The notes under the pieces were generated by a model. It saw nothing but the letters and a program-made list of their open reading frames with translations. It was not told the DNA's origin and did not search any database. DNA of 64,000 nt, taken from assembly GCA_963792515.1 (NCBI GenBank), contig CAWBWG010000007.1, forward strand, positions 48,171-112,170. The letters run 5' to 3'. Position numbers and translations under genes: made by a program. This document shows positions 53,096 through 63,232 of the stretch, one piece after another. Origin of the DNA: an uncultured Acidobacteriota bacterium (GTDB lineage Bacteria; Acidobacteriota; Terriglobia; Acidiferrales; UBA7541). The number at the start of each line of letters is the position of its first letter. Within the stretch, counting starts at the first letter, position 1.

Positions 53096-53719
53096 TCAAT
53101 AAAGCCGTTCCGATTCGTCTTGCTTAATAATTTCGTCCAATTCCTTAACCGTCATCGTCAGCTTGGCTTCATCGACCATCACTTGCGCAAGATTTGCAAG
53201 TCCGTCAAGCGAAGGCCAGTCCTTCGGATTCCACAAGCTCGAGCGAATGATGCATTTCGAGCAGTGAAAAAACACTTCCTGAACCTCGACCACCAGCGCA
53301 AAATCCGGCACCTTGCCGCGCACAGTCATCGATTCGCGCAGCTCGCTATCGCGCACGATCTTGGCTCTTCCACTCACGCGCAGCGTCTCGCTTTTCCCGG
53401 GAAGAAGAAAGATCAAGCCCACGCGCGGATTTTCCAGAATATTCGTGAAAGTGTCGGCGCGTCGATTGCCCGGCCGATCCGGAATCGCCAGCGTCGAATC
53501 ATCGAGCACGCGCACGAATCCCGGGGCATCACCCTTCGGCGAAATATCCATCTGTCCGTGAAGGTTCGAAGAGGCAATCAGGATAAACGGTGACTTGGCA
53601 ATGAAGTCGCGGCAATGCTTGTCGAGCGCCGCGATGGTTTTCGCCAGGCAGGCCGGAGGCGGTTCCCCCATGACTTCACGGAACCGCGCCCGGTCGGTGA
53701 TGACGTCTTTAAATTGCAT
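53096..53719 (-). CDS. pyridoxamine 5'-phosphate oxidase (PPOX)-type FMN-binding flavoprotein family
   Basis: ..PFILIASSNLHGQMDISPKGDAPGFVRVLDDSTLAIPDRPGNRRADTFTNILENPRVGLIFLLPGKSETLRVSGRA.. Confidence 0.65.
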   Translation of the reverse strand: MQFKDVITDRARFREVMGEPPPACLAKTIAALDKHCRDFIAKSPFILIASSNLHGQMDISPKGDAPGFVRVLDDSTLAIPDRPGNRRADTFTNILENPRVGLIFLLPGKSETLRVSGRAKIVRDSELRESMTVRGKVPDFALVVEVQEVFFHCSKCIIRSSLWNPKDWPSLDGLANLAQVMVDEAKLTMTVKELDEIIKQDESERLY

Positions 53720-53732
53720 TGCCGTATCCAGT

Positions 53733-54839
53733 TTAGAAGCTGATCTTCAGGATCTGTCCATTGTTTCCGACGAACCATCCCGCATGCGGATTCGCGAAAG
53801 CCACGGCCCAATATCCGCTCACGTTAGGCAGTGTAAACCACGTGCGGCCTTCATCGGGAGTCCATGCAGCTTCGCCGGAGGAATAATCCGGCTCGGTTTC
53901 CGTGGTGATCACCACGGCGCGATCGTGCTCACTGTCGCGGTGATCGTCATTATCGCTCAGCGTCATGCCGCGGACGTAGGCAAGGCAGAAAATTGCACCC
54001 TGCACCGGCGGCGCGTTCGTAAGCGTCCAAGTCTGCCCGCCATCGTTCGAAGTAGCCGTTTGCGCGCTGGTGTTCGAAGACAAATCCCCTCCGCCGAGAA
54101 TTCCATTGCGATGATCGCGGAAAGCAATGGAAATTCCGCCGGCGCTCGGGTTGCTAACGAGCGGCGTGTCGTACGCGTTCCAGTTGTCACCGCCATCGCG
54201 TGTGGCTAGAACTCTCGCAACGGTTGCGCCGCCAGTGGTAACCCAGGCATTCTTTTCGCCTTCGGTCGTAGCGCAGGTCCCGCTCGCTGCGAAAGAAGCT
54301 TCGCCATCAAGCGCCGGCGGCATATTTGCAGAAATCGATTCCCAGTTTTTTCCATCGGTAGTTCGAATGTCCGGAAACACTCCGTTCACCGAATCGCTAT
54401 GCGCGATCCCGCGATGCGGGCCCCAGAAAGCCATGCAATCGTAGAAAGCATTCTCAGTCTCATTGGTGAACTCGATCGTCCAGTTCGCGCCGCCGTCGGT
54501 GGTCTTGTAGATTTTGAAGTCGGTGGTGTTGTCGCCAATGGACATGAGATAAGCGACTCGATCGCTGACGCCTTGCACATCGCGGAACTCATCGTTTTCA
54601 GCGCCGGGAACGACGCCGGAGGTCCATGTGTCGCCGCCGTCTTTGGTCACTACGAAGGTGCCGCCCGTTCCGGCGGCCCACACCACGCGCGAATTCACCG
54701 GACTCACGGCGATGAGCAGTTGCGTGGTGTTACTTTGCTGCGGCGTGAATTTGGGACCGTGATGATCCCCATGTTCTTGTGCAAAGCAGAAGGATGCAGA
54801 CGATAAAATCAGCAACGCGACAAGCGGAAATTTGGACAT
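53733..54839 (-). CDS. BNR/Asp-box repeat beta-propeller protein (Ycf48/sialidase-like), secreted
   Basis: Signal MSKFPLVALLILSSASFCFA. Asp-boxes TKDGGDTW, TTDGGANW, TRDGGDNW, SNDGGQTW, TPDEGRTW. Confidence 0.75.
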   Translation of the reverse strand: MSKFPLVALLILSSASFCFAQEHGDHHGPKFTPQQSNTTQLLIAVSPVNSRVVWAAGTGGTFVVTKDGGDTWTSGVVPGAENDEFRDVQGVSDRVAYLMSIGDNTTDFKIYKTTDGGANWTIEFTNETENAFYDCMAFWGPHRGIAHSDSVNGVFPDIRTTDGKNWESISANMPPALDGEASFAASGTCATTEGEKNAWVTTGGATVARVLATRDGGDNWNAYDTPLVSNPSAGGISIAFRDHRNGILGGGDLSSNTSAQTATSNDGGQTWTLTNAPPVQGAIFCLAYVRGMTLSDNDDHRDSEHDRAVVITTETEPDYSSGEAAWTPDEGRTWFTLPNVSGYWAVAFANPHAGWFVGNNGQILKISF

Positions 54840-54924
54840 CGAGTCCCCCCAAGAAAAAGTTCGTGGCGCGGGGGAGTATAGGAACGCGAGGCAGGGGAGT
54901 CAAGCAGGCAACGCGAGCGTTCTA

Positions 54925-55030
54925 GTAGCACAGCCACTCTTGGCTGTGTCGAGGTCCGAGTGCCACGATGTGAGATCGTAGTTGAGATTCTTGAAGCTTG
55001 AGCCGAAACAGCGAAGAGTGGCTGTGCTGC
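54925..55030. repeat. REP doublet, family 3, upstream of the methyltransferase gene
   Basis: GTAGCACAGCCACTCTTGGCTGTGTC (54925-54950) and an inverted ACAGCGAAGAGTGGCTGTGCTGC (55008-55030). Confidence 0.75.
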
Positions 55031-55075
55031 ATAAGGCGCAAAACATAAGCGCGAGGAAGCTGATAATCTTTCTAT

Positions 55076-55915
55076 ATGCGATCGGGAATGCCAAGCCGCA
55101 CTGCGTTCGCCGCAGCCTCGCACCGCGCCGCGCATCAAATTCTGGAGAAGGGAAGCATCTTCACCGATCCGCTCGCTGTGCGTATCCTCGGCATGGACGC
55201 GGAGACCGTGGCACGCGAGGCCGAAGCGCTGCCGTTGCGCAAAGGCATGCGAATGTTCATCGCGGCGCGCACGCGCTTCGCCGAAGACGCCCTCGCCGCA
55301 GCCGTCGAACGAGGCGTGCGCCAACTAGTAGTTCTCGGCGCCGGGCTCGACACCTACGCCTACCGCAGCAACTTGCGCGACCGCCTGCGAATTTTCGAAG
55401 TCGATCATCCCGCCACGCAAGAATGGAAACGCCGGCGCCTGGCAGATGCCGCGATCCCTATTCCAGATGTACTTACATTCGCTCCCACCGATTTCGAGCG
55501 CCAAAGTTTGTCGGATGGACTCGCGGCAGCCGGCTTCGATTCCTCGCAGCAAACTTTTTTCACCTGGCTCGGCGTTGTTCCATATCTCACCGCGGAAGCT
55601 TTCTGGGCCACGCTCCGTTTTATCGTCGGCCTGCCAAACGGCGCGCACGTAGTCTTCGATTACAGCAATCCGCCCTCATCATTTTCCGCAGAAGCCCGCG
55701 CGAATTACGAGAAACGCGCCGCACGCGTAGCCGAACTAGGCGAAGCCTGGCTCACCCACTTCGAAACCGACGATCTCTGCGTCAAGCTCCGCGAAGTCGG
55801 CTTCACCGAAATCGAAGATATCGGCCCGCAAGCAATGGCCGCTCGCTATTTTCCAGGCGCGGCGAAGTCGGTTCCAGAAAAAGGCGGCCACGTCCTGCGC
55901 GCAACAAAATTCTGA
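55076..55915 (+). CDS. class I SAM-dependent methyltransferase (LCM / O-methyltransferase family)
   Basis: MRSGMPSRTAFAAASHRAAHQ..RQLVVLGAGLDTYAYR..FEVDHPATQEWKRRRL.. Confidence 0.75.
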   Translation: MRSGMPSRTAFAAASHRAAHQILEKGSIFTDPLAVRILGMDAETVAREAEALPLRKGMRMFIAARTRFAEDALAAAVERGVRQLVVLGAGLDTYAYRSNLRDRLRIFEVDHPATQEWKRRRLADAAIPIPDVLTFAPTDFERQSLSDGLAAAGFDSSQQTFFTWLGVVPYLTAEAFWATLRFIVGLPNGAHVVFDYSNPPSSFSAEARANYEKRAARVAELGEAWLTHFETDDLCVKLREVGFTEIEDIGPQAMAARYFPGAAKSVPEKGGHVLRATKF

Positions 55916-55939
55916 GAATGCGCGATATGGCAGGCTCGT

Positions 55940-56041
55940 GTCGCACAGCCACTCCTGGCTGTGTCCGCTTGCGCTCGCAGAAGCTCCGCAAACCACTGGC
56001 GAACTGCGGCGCGCCAGCACGACCAAGAGTGGCTGTGCTAA
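55940..56041. repeat. REP doublet, family 3, downstream of the methyltransferase gene
   Basis: GTCGCACAGCCACTCCTGGCTGTG (55940-55963) and an inverted GACCAAGAGTGGCTGTGCTAA (56021-56041). Confidence 0.75.
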
Positions 56042-56099
56042 TCGACTCGTTGACTTGATTCAACTCGCGACCTAATATTGCGCGGCGCTCGCGCAAATT

Positions 56100-56549
56100 A
56101 TGATTGGCGAAACGATTTCGCATTACCGCATTATCGAAAAGCTCGGCGGCGGCGGCATGGGCGTCGTCTACAAAGCCGAAGATACGCGCCTCGGCCGCAT
56201 GGTGGCGCTGAAGTTTCTGCCGGATGAAACGGCGCGCGATCCGATCGCCCTCGACCGTTTCCGCCGCGAAGCCCGCGCAGCTTCAGCCCTAAATCACGCC
56301 AACATCTGCACCATTTACGACATCGGCGACGCCAGCGGCAAGCCATTCCTGTGCATGGAGCTGCTCGAAGGCTCCACGCTCAAGCATGCCATCCTCGGCC
56401 GCCCAATGGATATCGAGCGTCTGCTCGACATCGCGCTCGAAGTCACCGATGCGCTAGAAGCAGCACACGAGCGGGGCATCGTCCATCGCGATATCAAGCC
56501 TGCGAATATTTTCATCACCTCGAAAGGTCACGCCCTGCCGCAATGGTAA
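56100..56549 (+). pseudogene. Ser/Thr protein kinase, N-terminal fragment only
   Basis: [11 protein letters not shown] (Gly loop), VALKFL (Lys), [10 protein letters not shown] (catalytic loop). The ORF stops at ..[11 protein letters not shown], before any DFG or APE motif. Confidence 0.8.
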
Positions 56550-56593
56550 AGTCCTCTACTTTCTCAATCGTCAGACCTTCGACAGCTCTTATA

Positions 56594-58089
56594 TTAGTGC
56601 GGCTGAGTCCATTGCGCGTCGCTCAGATTCCATCCGCCGCCGAGCGCCTTGTAGAGACTGACGACCACAAGCAGTTGATCGCGCTGAGTTTGAGCGAGTG
56701 CGTCTTCCGCCGGAAACAGCAACTGCTCCGCTTCCAGCACTTCGAAGTAGCTCGCCCGTCCCGCGTTATACCGAAGTCAGCGACAGCTCCACCGATTCCC
56801 GCAAGGAGAGCGACCTGATGCTTCAAGCGCTGCCGCTGGTCGACCAGGGTCGTCTGTGCGATGAGTGCGTCGGACACTTCGCGGAACGCCACGATGATCG
56901 TCTGCTTGTACTGCGCGATGGTTCCTTCCCACAGGGCTTGTTGCGCGTAATAGGTTTCGAGTATCTGTCCACCCTGGAAGATCGGACCCGCCAGGCCGCC
57001 AGCGATGTTCCAGATGCTGAAGCTGTTGTCCAACAAGTGATTCATATTCGGACTCTGCGCACCGTACAGCGCAGAAAGTCCGATACGCGGAAAGAAACTC
57101 GCCACCGCGACACCAACCTGAGCGTTTGAGCCGATCACGTTTTGCTCGGCCTGCAAAATATCAGGACGGCGCTGCATGACCTCGGTGGTCAGACCCAAGC
57201 GGCGTGCTGCGGCGTCGCTTGCTCGGTCAGTTGAGCCCCTCGCGGAATCTCTTCGGGGTATGCACCCAACAGAATGCTAATCGCGTTCTCCTGCTGAACG
57301 ATGGCGCGTTTCAGACTCGCAACACTCGCGAGACTGGAATCGTAAGCGGCCTGAGCACGAGCGACCGGCAGCTTGCTGTCCCTGCCGAACTGATAGCGCT
57401 GAGTGAAAAGATCGAGGGTCTGTTTGTAGGTGCGAGAACTTTCTTGCGCGATCGCGAGTTCGCGGTCAAGTTCGAGCAGGCTGAAATAGCTGGCGGCTAC
57501 ATCGCTCACCAGACGTCAGCATGACGCCGCGGCGCACATACTCCTGAGCGAAGAGATTCGCGCGCGCGGCCTCCGTGGAACGCCGAATCCGTCCCCACAC
57601 ATCTAGCTCCCAGACGAGGTTAAGCAAACCTCCAAAAGCATTGAACGTTATGTTTCCTCCTGCTTGTTCGAGAGGCACGAAAGCCTTCTCGCGCCCGGCG
57701 AAGCCCTGATAACCGATCTGCGGATATAATTGCGACGCTGCGACTCCAACCAGTGCGCGCGCCTGCTCGACACGGTCTGCGGCGAGTTCGAGGTCATAGT
57801 TGTGTTCGAGAGCGGTGACAATCAGACTCTGCAGGACCTTGTCGTTGAACACCTGCCACCAAGGCAAGTCGGCGAGTGAGGTCGCCTCTGACGGTCCGAT
57901 CTGCGAGCGGAAATCCTCGACTGGCTTCACTTCCGGGACGTTTGTAGTCCGGGCCGACCTCAATCCCCCACAGCTTGCCCCAGATACCTTTCGGCTCGGC
58001 CGTGGGTGAACATCCCGCGATACAGAGCACCACAGCAAAGAGGCTGACAATCTGATTGCAACGAAAATTGCCGAAGCGCTCGTTTTCAC
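56594..58089 (-). pseudogene. NodT/TolC-family outer-membrane efflux lipoprotein, at least 5 frame changes
   Basis: Pieces lie in alternating frames:
- LFAVVLCIAGCSPTAEP..VGPDYKRP (lipobox)
- EVKPVEDFRSQ..LPWWQVFNDKVLQSLI..
- VSDVAASYFSLLELDRELAIAQ..
- LTTEVMQRRPDILQAEQNV..
- LRESVELSLT
- RYNAGRASYFEVLEAEQLLFPAEDALAQTQRDQLLVVVSLYKALGGGWNLSDAQWTQPH, to a stop at 56594. Confidence 0.8.
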
Positions 58090-58101
58090 CCGACAGTTCC
58101 T

Positions 58102-59230
58102 CTATTGAATTGCCGCTAGCATTTTTCTGAATCTGCTGAGCGAGTAGGTAACGTATGCAGATCCGATCAGAAACATCTTGAGCAGGTCGGGCCACACCAT
58201 ACTCGATGTTGCGTTTCTGAAGAGTACGGCCTGGGAAAAGCTGACGAAGGCCGTCGATGGCACAAACTGCATAAACTTCTGCAGCGGTACCGGCATGCTC
58301 TCGAGCGGGGTCTGACCGCCTGACAGCAGGCTCATCATGATGAACACCGGGAAGGCAAGCAAGCCGAACTGCGGCATCGAGCGGACCAGCGTCGCGAGCA
58401 TGATGCCCAGGGCCGTGACCGAGAAGAGATAGACCACCAGACCGCCGACAAAAAGCGTTATCGAGCCGGCAATCGGCACGCCAAGCGCGCCTTTAACGAC
58501 CAGATATAGCGACAGCATCACCGCTACGACGACGACCAGGCCATTGGCCCAAATCTTCGCAAACATGAGTTCGTAGGGACTCAGCGGCATTACCAGGAGA
58601 TGCTCGATCGTCCCATGCTCGCGCTCGCGCAGGACGGCGGCGCCGGTCAGAAAGATCGCCAGCACTGAGATGTTGTTGATGATCTGGTTGATCGCGACGA
58701 ACCAACCCTGTTGCATGTTCGGGTTGAAGCGAGCTCGGGTGACCAGCTTGACCAGCTCGCGGTTCGAGGATTTGCGAGCGATTGGCCCAGAAAGGTTGAA
58801 CTTCCCTGTTGATGATGTTCTGAATATACGACGGGCCGCGACCCGCCTGGCTCATCGCGGTCGCATCAGTGATTATCTCGACCGTCGGGGTGGCACCCTT
58901 GGTAAGATTCTCCTGAAACTTTGATGGTATATCGATGATGAAGGTATAGAGACCTTCATCCATGGTCCGATTGATTTCACTAAAAGGCAGTTCCACTGCG
59001 GGCAGAAACTGAGGTGGCAGCAGCGAGTCGCGTATCTGTCGCGACGCTGCCGAATGATCCTCATCGACGACCGCGACCGAAGCGTTGACCACATCCATCA
59101 CGGCGCTCTTCGCCGGCGTGTAGACCGAAAACGTGAACGAATAGACAATCAGCAGCAACAAGACCGGGTCACGGAACAAGCTCAGCAGCTCTTTAACGCC
59201 GAGCTGAATGATATGTCTGACGTGCTGCAC
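58102..59230 (-). pseudogene. ABC-2 type transporter permease (YbhR/YhhJ-like), one frameshift near 58787
   Basis: ORF 58493..59230 (MQHVRHIIQLGVKELLSLFRDPVLLLLIVYSFTF..IINREVQPFW) joins ORF 58102..58716 (its upstream frame reads IARKSSNRELVKLVTRARFNPNMQQGWFVAINQIINNISVLAIFLTGAAVLREREHGT..). Span is 1129 nt = 3n+1. Confidence 0.8.
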
Positions 59231-59233
59231 CGC

Positions 59234-60362
59234 CTAGGCTTCCTGCTTCTTCAACAGCACGACTGAAGTAGTGAAGTAGATAAGAGCGAGAATAAGGAGC
59301 GCCACAATGTCGCGCCACAGTGCCGCAAAGCCGAGCGCTTTGGTAAAGGTACCGACGCAGATCGCCTGAAAGTAGGTGCTGGGGAAAATTCGCGCTGCGA
59401 TGCGGGCACCACCGGTGAGCGAGGAAGCCGGCACGAACATCCCGGAAAACTGCGTGGCCGGAAGAATAGTAATGATAGCGGCCGCGAAAATCGCCGCCGT
59501 TTGCGTAGTCGCAAACACCGAAATCAGCAGGCCGAAGCCCGTGCTAGCGAGGACATAGATCACGCCACCCAGCACAAGGGTCGCAAGACTACCCTTGAAT
59601 GGAACCTGGAACATGAAGACTGCGAGTGCGACCAGAGCACTAAACTGAATCAGCGCAACCGCGAGGTAGGGCAATTGTTTGCCGAAAAGAAATTCGAGGC
59701 GGGTGGCCGGAGCCGCATAAAAGTTGGCGATCGAGCCCAACTCCTTCTCGCGCACCACGCTTAACGCGGTCAACATGCTGGGAATGAGAATCAGGAGGAG
59801 CATGATATCGCCGGGCACCAGCGCATAGATGCTCTTGAACGCCTGATTGAACAGCGCCCGCGCCTCAAACCGCACAGGTTTCTGGAGCGGTGGAAGCCCG
59901 CGCGCTTTGCGTAGCTGCGTGAGATAATGGTCGTGAACGCTTTCGACGTAGCCGCGAGCCGTCTCGGCCCGAAACGGTATTGCGGCGTCGAGGATCAGGT
60001 TTATCTCCGGCTGTCGGTTGCGCTGTAGGTCGCGCTGGAACGCGGGCGGAATCTCGATCGCAAGGCGCAACTCGCCATTGCGTAGACGACGGTCCAAATC
60101 GCCGTAACTCCGCAATGGTGCATGCTCAGTGAGGTAGTACGAACCGCGATAGCTATCGATATAATCGCGGCTGGCAGGCGTATTATCGGAATCGAAGCAC
60201 CGCAAACGGCAGATGATCGATGTCGAGTGAGATGCCATAGCCAAATACGATCATCAGGAGAATCGGACCAAAAATCGCGAATGAGAGCCGAACGGTGTCG
60301 TGCTGCAGCTCGACCGCTTCACGCCGTGCAAACGCCCATATGCGGCCCAGGCTGAAGCGGCT
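59234..60362 (-). pseudogene. ABC-2 type transporter permease (YbhS-like); N-terminus lies in the tail of the ATPase ORF, frameshift near 60197
   Basis: The tail of ORF 60183..61979 reads [55 protein letters not shown] (a permease N-terminus). ORF 59234..60244 continues [45 protein letters not shown]... No separate start codon was found. Confidence 0.7.
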
Positions 60363-61979
60363 GGGAGTCTCGTCGAGATGACTTGTGGGAGCGGTCGGTT
60401 CCGCTGCGGGCTCGGGTGTCGCCGAGCCAGTGACACTCTTTTCGGCCGCTTCTTCGAGGTAACCGATAAACGCATCTTCGAGGTTCTTGGCCTTGCGTTC
60501 AGCGACCAACTGGGCCGGCGGTCCCTGCGCCAACACTTTGCCCGCGTGCATCATCGACATCCGATCGCAGCGCGCGGCCTCATTCATGAAGTGCGTCGAG
60601 AGAAAGATCGTGACGCCGTTCTCGCGCGACAGCTTGATCAACAATTCCCAGAAGCCATCGCGCGCGACCGGATCAACGCCGGACGTGGGCTCGTCCAGGA
60701 TCAGCATCTCCGGCTGGTGAATCACCGCGACTGCCAGCGAGAGCCGTTGCCGGATACCGAGGGGCAAACTCTCGGCCAAAGTGTCGGCCTCGGACTCGAG
60801 TGCGAAACGTGCCAGCAGCTCGTTTACCCGCTCTGTGGCAGAGGGTTCCGGGATATCGAAAAGGCGCGCGTGGAGCAGCAGATTCTGCCGCACCGTCAAT
60901 TCCGTATATAGCGAGAACGCCTGCGTCATGAAGCCGACGCGTCGCCGCGACTCGACGTCGCCGCCCTTGACCTGCTTGCCCAACAGCAATGCCGTACCTT
61001 CGGTCGGTGGCAGCAATCCGGTCAGCATCTTCATCGTGGTGGTCTTGCCGCAGCCGTTTGAGCCGAGGAAGCCGAAAATCTCACCACGCTCGATCCGGAA
61101 ATTGACGTGATCAACGGCGGTGAACGAACCGAAGCGCTGTGTCAGCCCGTGGGCCTCGATTGCCGGGGTGCCGCCGCTTGGTTTGTAGGGCGTGATCTCC
61201 GGTTCCTTATGGCCGCGGCGGGACTCTTCGGGCAGGAGCTGGATGAAGGCTTTTTCCAGCGTTGGCTGGTTAGTCTTGCCCTTCAGTTCGTCCGGCGTTC
61301 CAGTGGCGAGCACCTTCCCGGCATTCATCGCGACGAGCCAATCAAAACGCTCGGCCTCGTCCATGTAGGCTGTAGCCACCAAAACGCTCATCCCCGGGCG
61401 GCGTAACCGAATGCGATCGATAAGTTCCCAGAATTGCCGCCGCGCCAACGGATCGACGCCAGTAGTGGGCTCGTCGAGGATGAGCAAATCCGGGTCGTGG
61501 ATAAGCGAGCAGCACAGCCCGAGCTTCTGCTTCATGCCGCCCGAGAGCTTGCCGGCCGGACGGTCGCGAAACGGTGACAGGTCGGTGCTGTCGAAGAGGT
61601 CCTTGATCCGCCATTCGCGCTCGTCGCGCGACTGACCAAACAGACGTCCAAAAAAGTCGGCGTTCTCGAAAATTGATAAGGTTGGATAGAGGTTCTTGCC
61701 GAGTCCCTGCGGCAGATAGGCGATGCGGGACGACACTTTATTGCGAAAGCTGGCGTCAGCTATATCGCCGCCTAGAACCCGCACGCTGCCGTGCTGGATC
61801 TTGCGGACACCGGCAATCATGCCGAGCAGCGTCGACTTGCCAACCCCGTCGGGACCGATCAGCCCGATCATTTTCTGGCCGGGAATCTTGAGGTCGATCG
61901 CGTCTAAGGCGATCGCAGCCCCGTAACGCTGGCTGACGTTAGTGACGCTAACGACCGGCTCGAGGATGACGTCGGTCAT
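60183..61979 (-). CDS. ABC transporter ATP-binding protein with two nucleotide-binding domains (YbhF-like)
   Basis: Walker [10 protein letters not shown] and GSNGCGKTT. Signature motifs LSGGMKQK and LPLGIRQR. Walker B LLILDEPT and MLILDEPT. The start overlaps the HlyD stop (ATGA at 61976-61979). The last approximately 59 codons are permease-like. Confidence 0.85.
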   Translation of the reverse strand: MTDVILEPVVSVTNVSQRYGAAIALDAIDLKIPGQKMIGLIGPDGVGKSTLLGMIAGVRKIQHGSVRVLGGDIADASFRNKVSSRIAYLPQGLGKNLYPTLSIFENADFFGRLFGQSRDEREWRIKDLFDSTDLSPFRDRPAGKLSGGMKQKLGLCCSLIHDPDLLILDEPTTGVDPLARRQFWELIDRIRLRRPGMSVLVATAYMDEAERFDWLVAMNAGKVLATGTPDELKGKTNQPTLEKAFIQLLPEESRRGHKEPEITPYKPSGGTPAIEAHGLTQRFGSFTAVDHVNFRIERGEIFGFLGSNGCGKTTTMKMLTGLLPPTEGTALLLGKQVKGGDVESRRRVGFMTQAFSLYTELTVRQNLLLHARLFDIPEPSATERVNELLARFALESEADTLAESLPLGIRQRLSLAVAVIHQPEMLILDEPTSGVDPVARDGFWELLIKLSRENGVTIFLSTHFMNEAARCDRMSMMHAGKVLAQGPPAQLVAERKAKNLEDAFIGYLEEAAEKSVTGSATPEPAAEPTAPTSHLDETPSRFSLGRIWAFARREAVELQHDTVRLSFAIFGPILLMIVFGYGISLDIDHLPFAVLRFR

Positions 61980-63028
61980 GAGTTGGAACCGTCGGCAGCG
62001 CTACCGACCGCGCCGGTAGGGTTCCCGAGGTTCGCAGGAACCCCGCGAAACTCCAGCGACGCCGGCCATTGCGCCCCGGCGTCGAGCCGAACGTAGCCCA
62101 TCCCTGGGATCCCGACCTTAACAAAAGGTTCATATTGTCGCAGACGTTCTTTGTTAAGCTGCAGCTTGACCCGGAAAGTTAGATTATGTCGTTCTTCGGC
62201 CGTCTCAACGGTCTTCGGCGTGAATTGTGCGCTGGGCGAAACGTACGACACGAGCGCCCTGACGGGATAGTCAGGGTAAGCGTCCAAAACAATCCTGGCC
62301 TCGGCGCCTAAGGCAATTTTGCCCGCCACCGTTTCCGGCAGGAAGACGTACATATAAACGTTCGACAGATCGACCAGCGCGAAAACTTTGCCACCCGCTG
62401 GAAGGACCTCGCCAGGCTCGGCCAGTCGATTTTGGACGCGCCCCTTAATCGGTGATTTGAGCACGCTGTCCTTGATCTCGGCCTGGATGCGTTCGGCTTC
62501 GGCCGTTGCCGCGTCAATTGCGGATTGGGCACGGACTACCTGGGCTTGCGTGCCGAGCAACGCCGCCCGGCTTGCTTCCGCATGAGCCTGGTCGATATCG
62601 AGTTCCTGCTGGCTGACCGCGCCGCGCGTGACCAGCCCTTTAGATCGGACGTATTGCTTATTCGCGTAGTTAAACTCGGCCTGCTTCACGACAACGTCGG
62701 CTTGCGCGGTCCGCTTGTTATCCTCGGCCTCGCGAATCCTTGCCTGCGCGTTCCGCAACTGGGCTTCGAGCACGTCGGTGTCCATCCGCGCGACGACCTG
62801 GCCCTCGGCGACGTTATCCCCCTCATCGGCGAGAACTTCGGCGATCCGACCCTCGTACTTGGTCGCGACGTCGACCTGCTTCGCCTCGAGGCGACCGTTT
62901 GCGCCCGCAAAGCCCGGCGGTAGGGCGGGCTTAGAAAGTATCAGCCAGGCAACGCCGCCTCCCGCCAGGGCGAGGGCAACGATTGCGATAATGATCACTT
63001 TTCTCGACATCGCTATGATTCCATCCAA
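61976..63028 (-). CDS. HlyD-family membrane fusion protein (YbhG-like)
   Basis: TM segment [21 protein letters not shown], coiled-coil region, and ..[44 protein letters not shown]... An alternative ATG is at 63010. Confidence 0.85.
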   Translation of the reverse strand: MDGIIAMSRKVIIIAIVALALAGGGVAWLILSKPALPPGFAGANGRLEAKQVDVATKYEGRIAEVLADEGDNVAEGQVVARMDTDVLEAQLRNAQARIREAEDNKRTAQADVVVKQAEFNYANKQYVRSKGLVTRGAVSQQELDIDQAHAEASRAALLGTQAQVVRAQSAIDAATAEAERIQAEIKDSVLKSPIKGRVQNRLAEPGEVLPAGGKVFALVDLSNVYMYVFLPETVAGKIALGAEARIVLDAYPDYPVRALVSYVSPSAQFTPKTVETAEERHNLTFRVKLQLNKERLRQYEPFVKVGIPGMGYVRLDAGAQWPASLEFRGVPANLGNPTGAVGSAADGSNS

Positions 63029-63232
63029 AATTTCTCGTTAGCTCAAACCCATTTGTTTTTGGATCTCATGTCTCCGCCAGCCTTCGCGTACGGCAAGAGC
63101 CGTGCCTTGCCACACACCCCAAAGCAAGGGTTCTCTGTTTTCGCTGCACACAACGGTGTCTCCAATCGCGCCAGCTCCTGAGCATTGAGCGCATCCGAAC
63201 ACTTTGCTCTGTTCGCGGCCGTGGATGACCGC

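Noticed and set aside
33091-56041. CRISPR array among the many short palindromic repeats
   Set aside because: The repeats are scattered singly or as inverted doublets in different intergenic regions. There is no regular repeat-spacer periodicity and no cas gene.
54982-56058. Large Arg-rich ORFs on the opposite strand or in an alternative frame of real genes. Examples: 54982..56058, 30048..31067, 37323..38324, 28225..28935, 23247..24419, 38691..39623, 40897..41679, 41722..42399, 42110..42802, 15786..16412, 16409..16978, 5840..6481
   Set aside because: They are typical shadow ORFs of GC-rich coding DNA. Their composition is Arg/Ala/Gly/Pro-dominated, they have no motifs, and they fully overlap well-supported genes.
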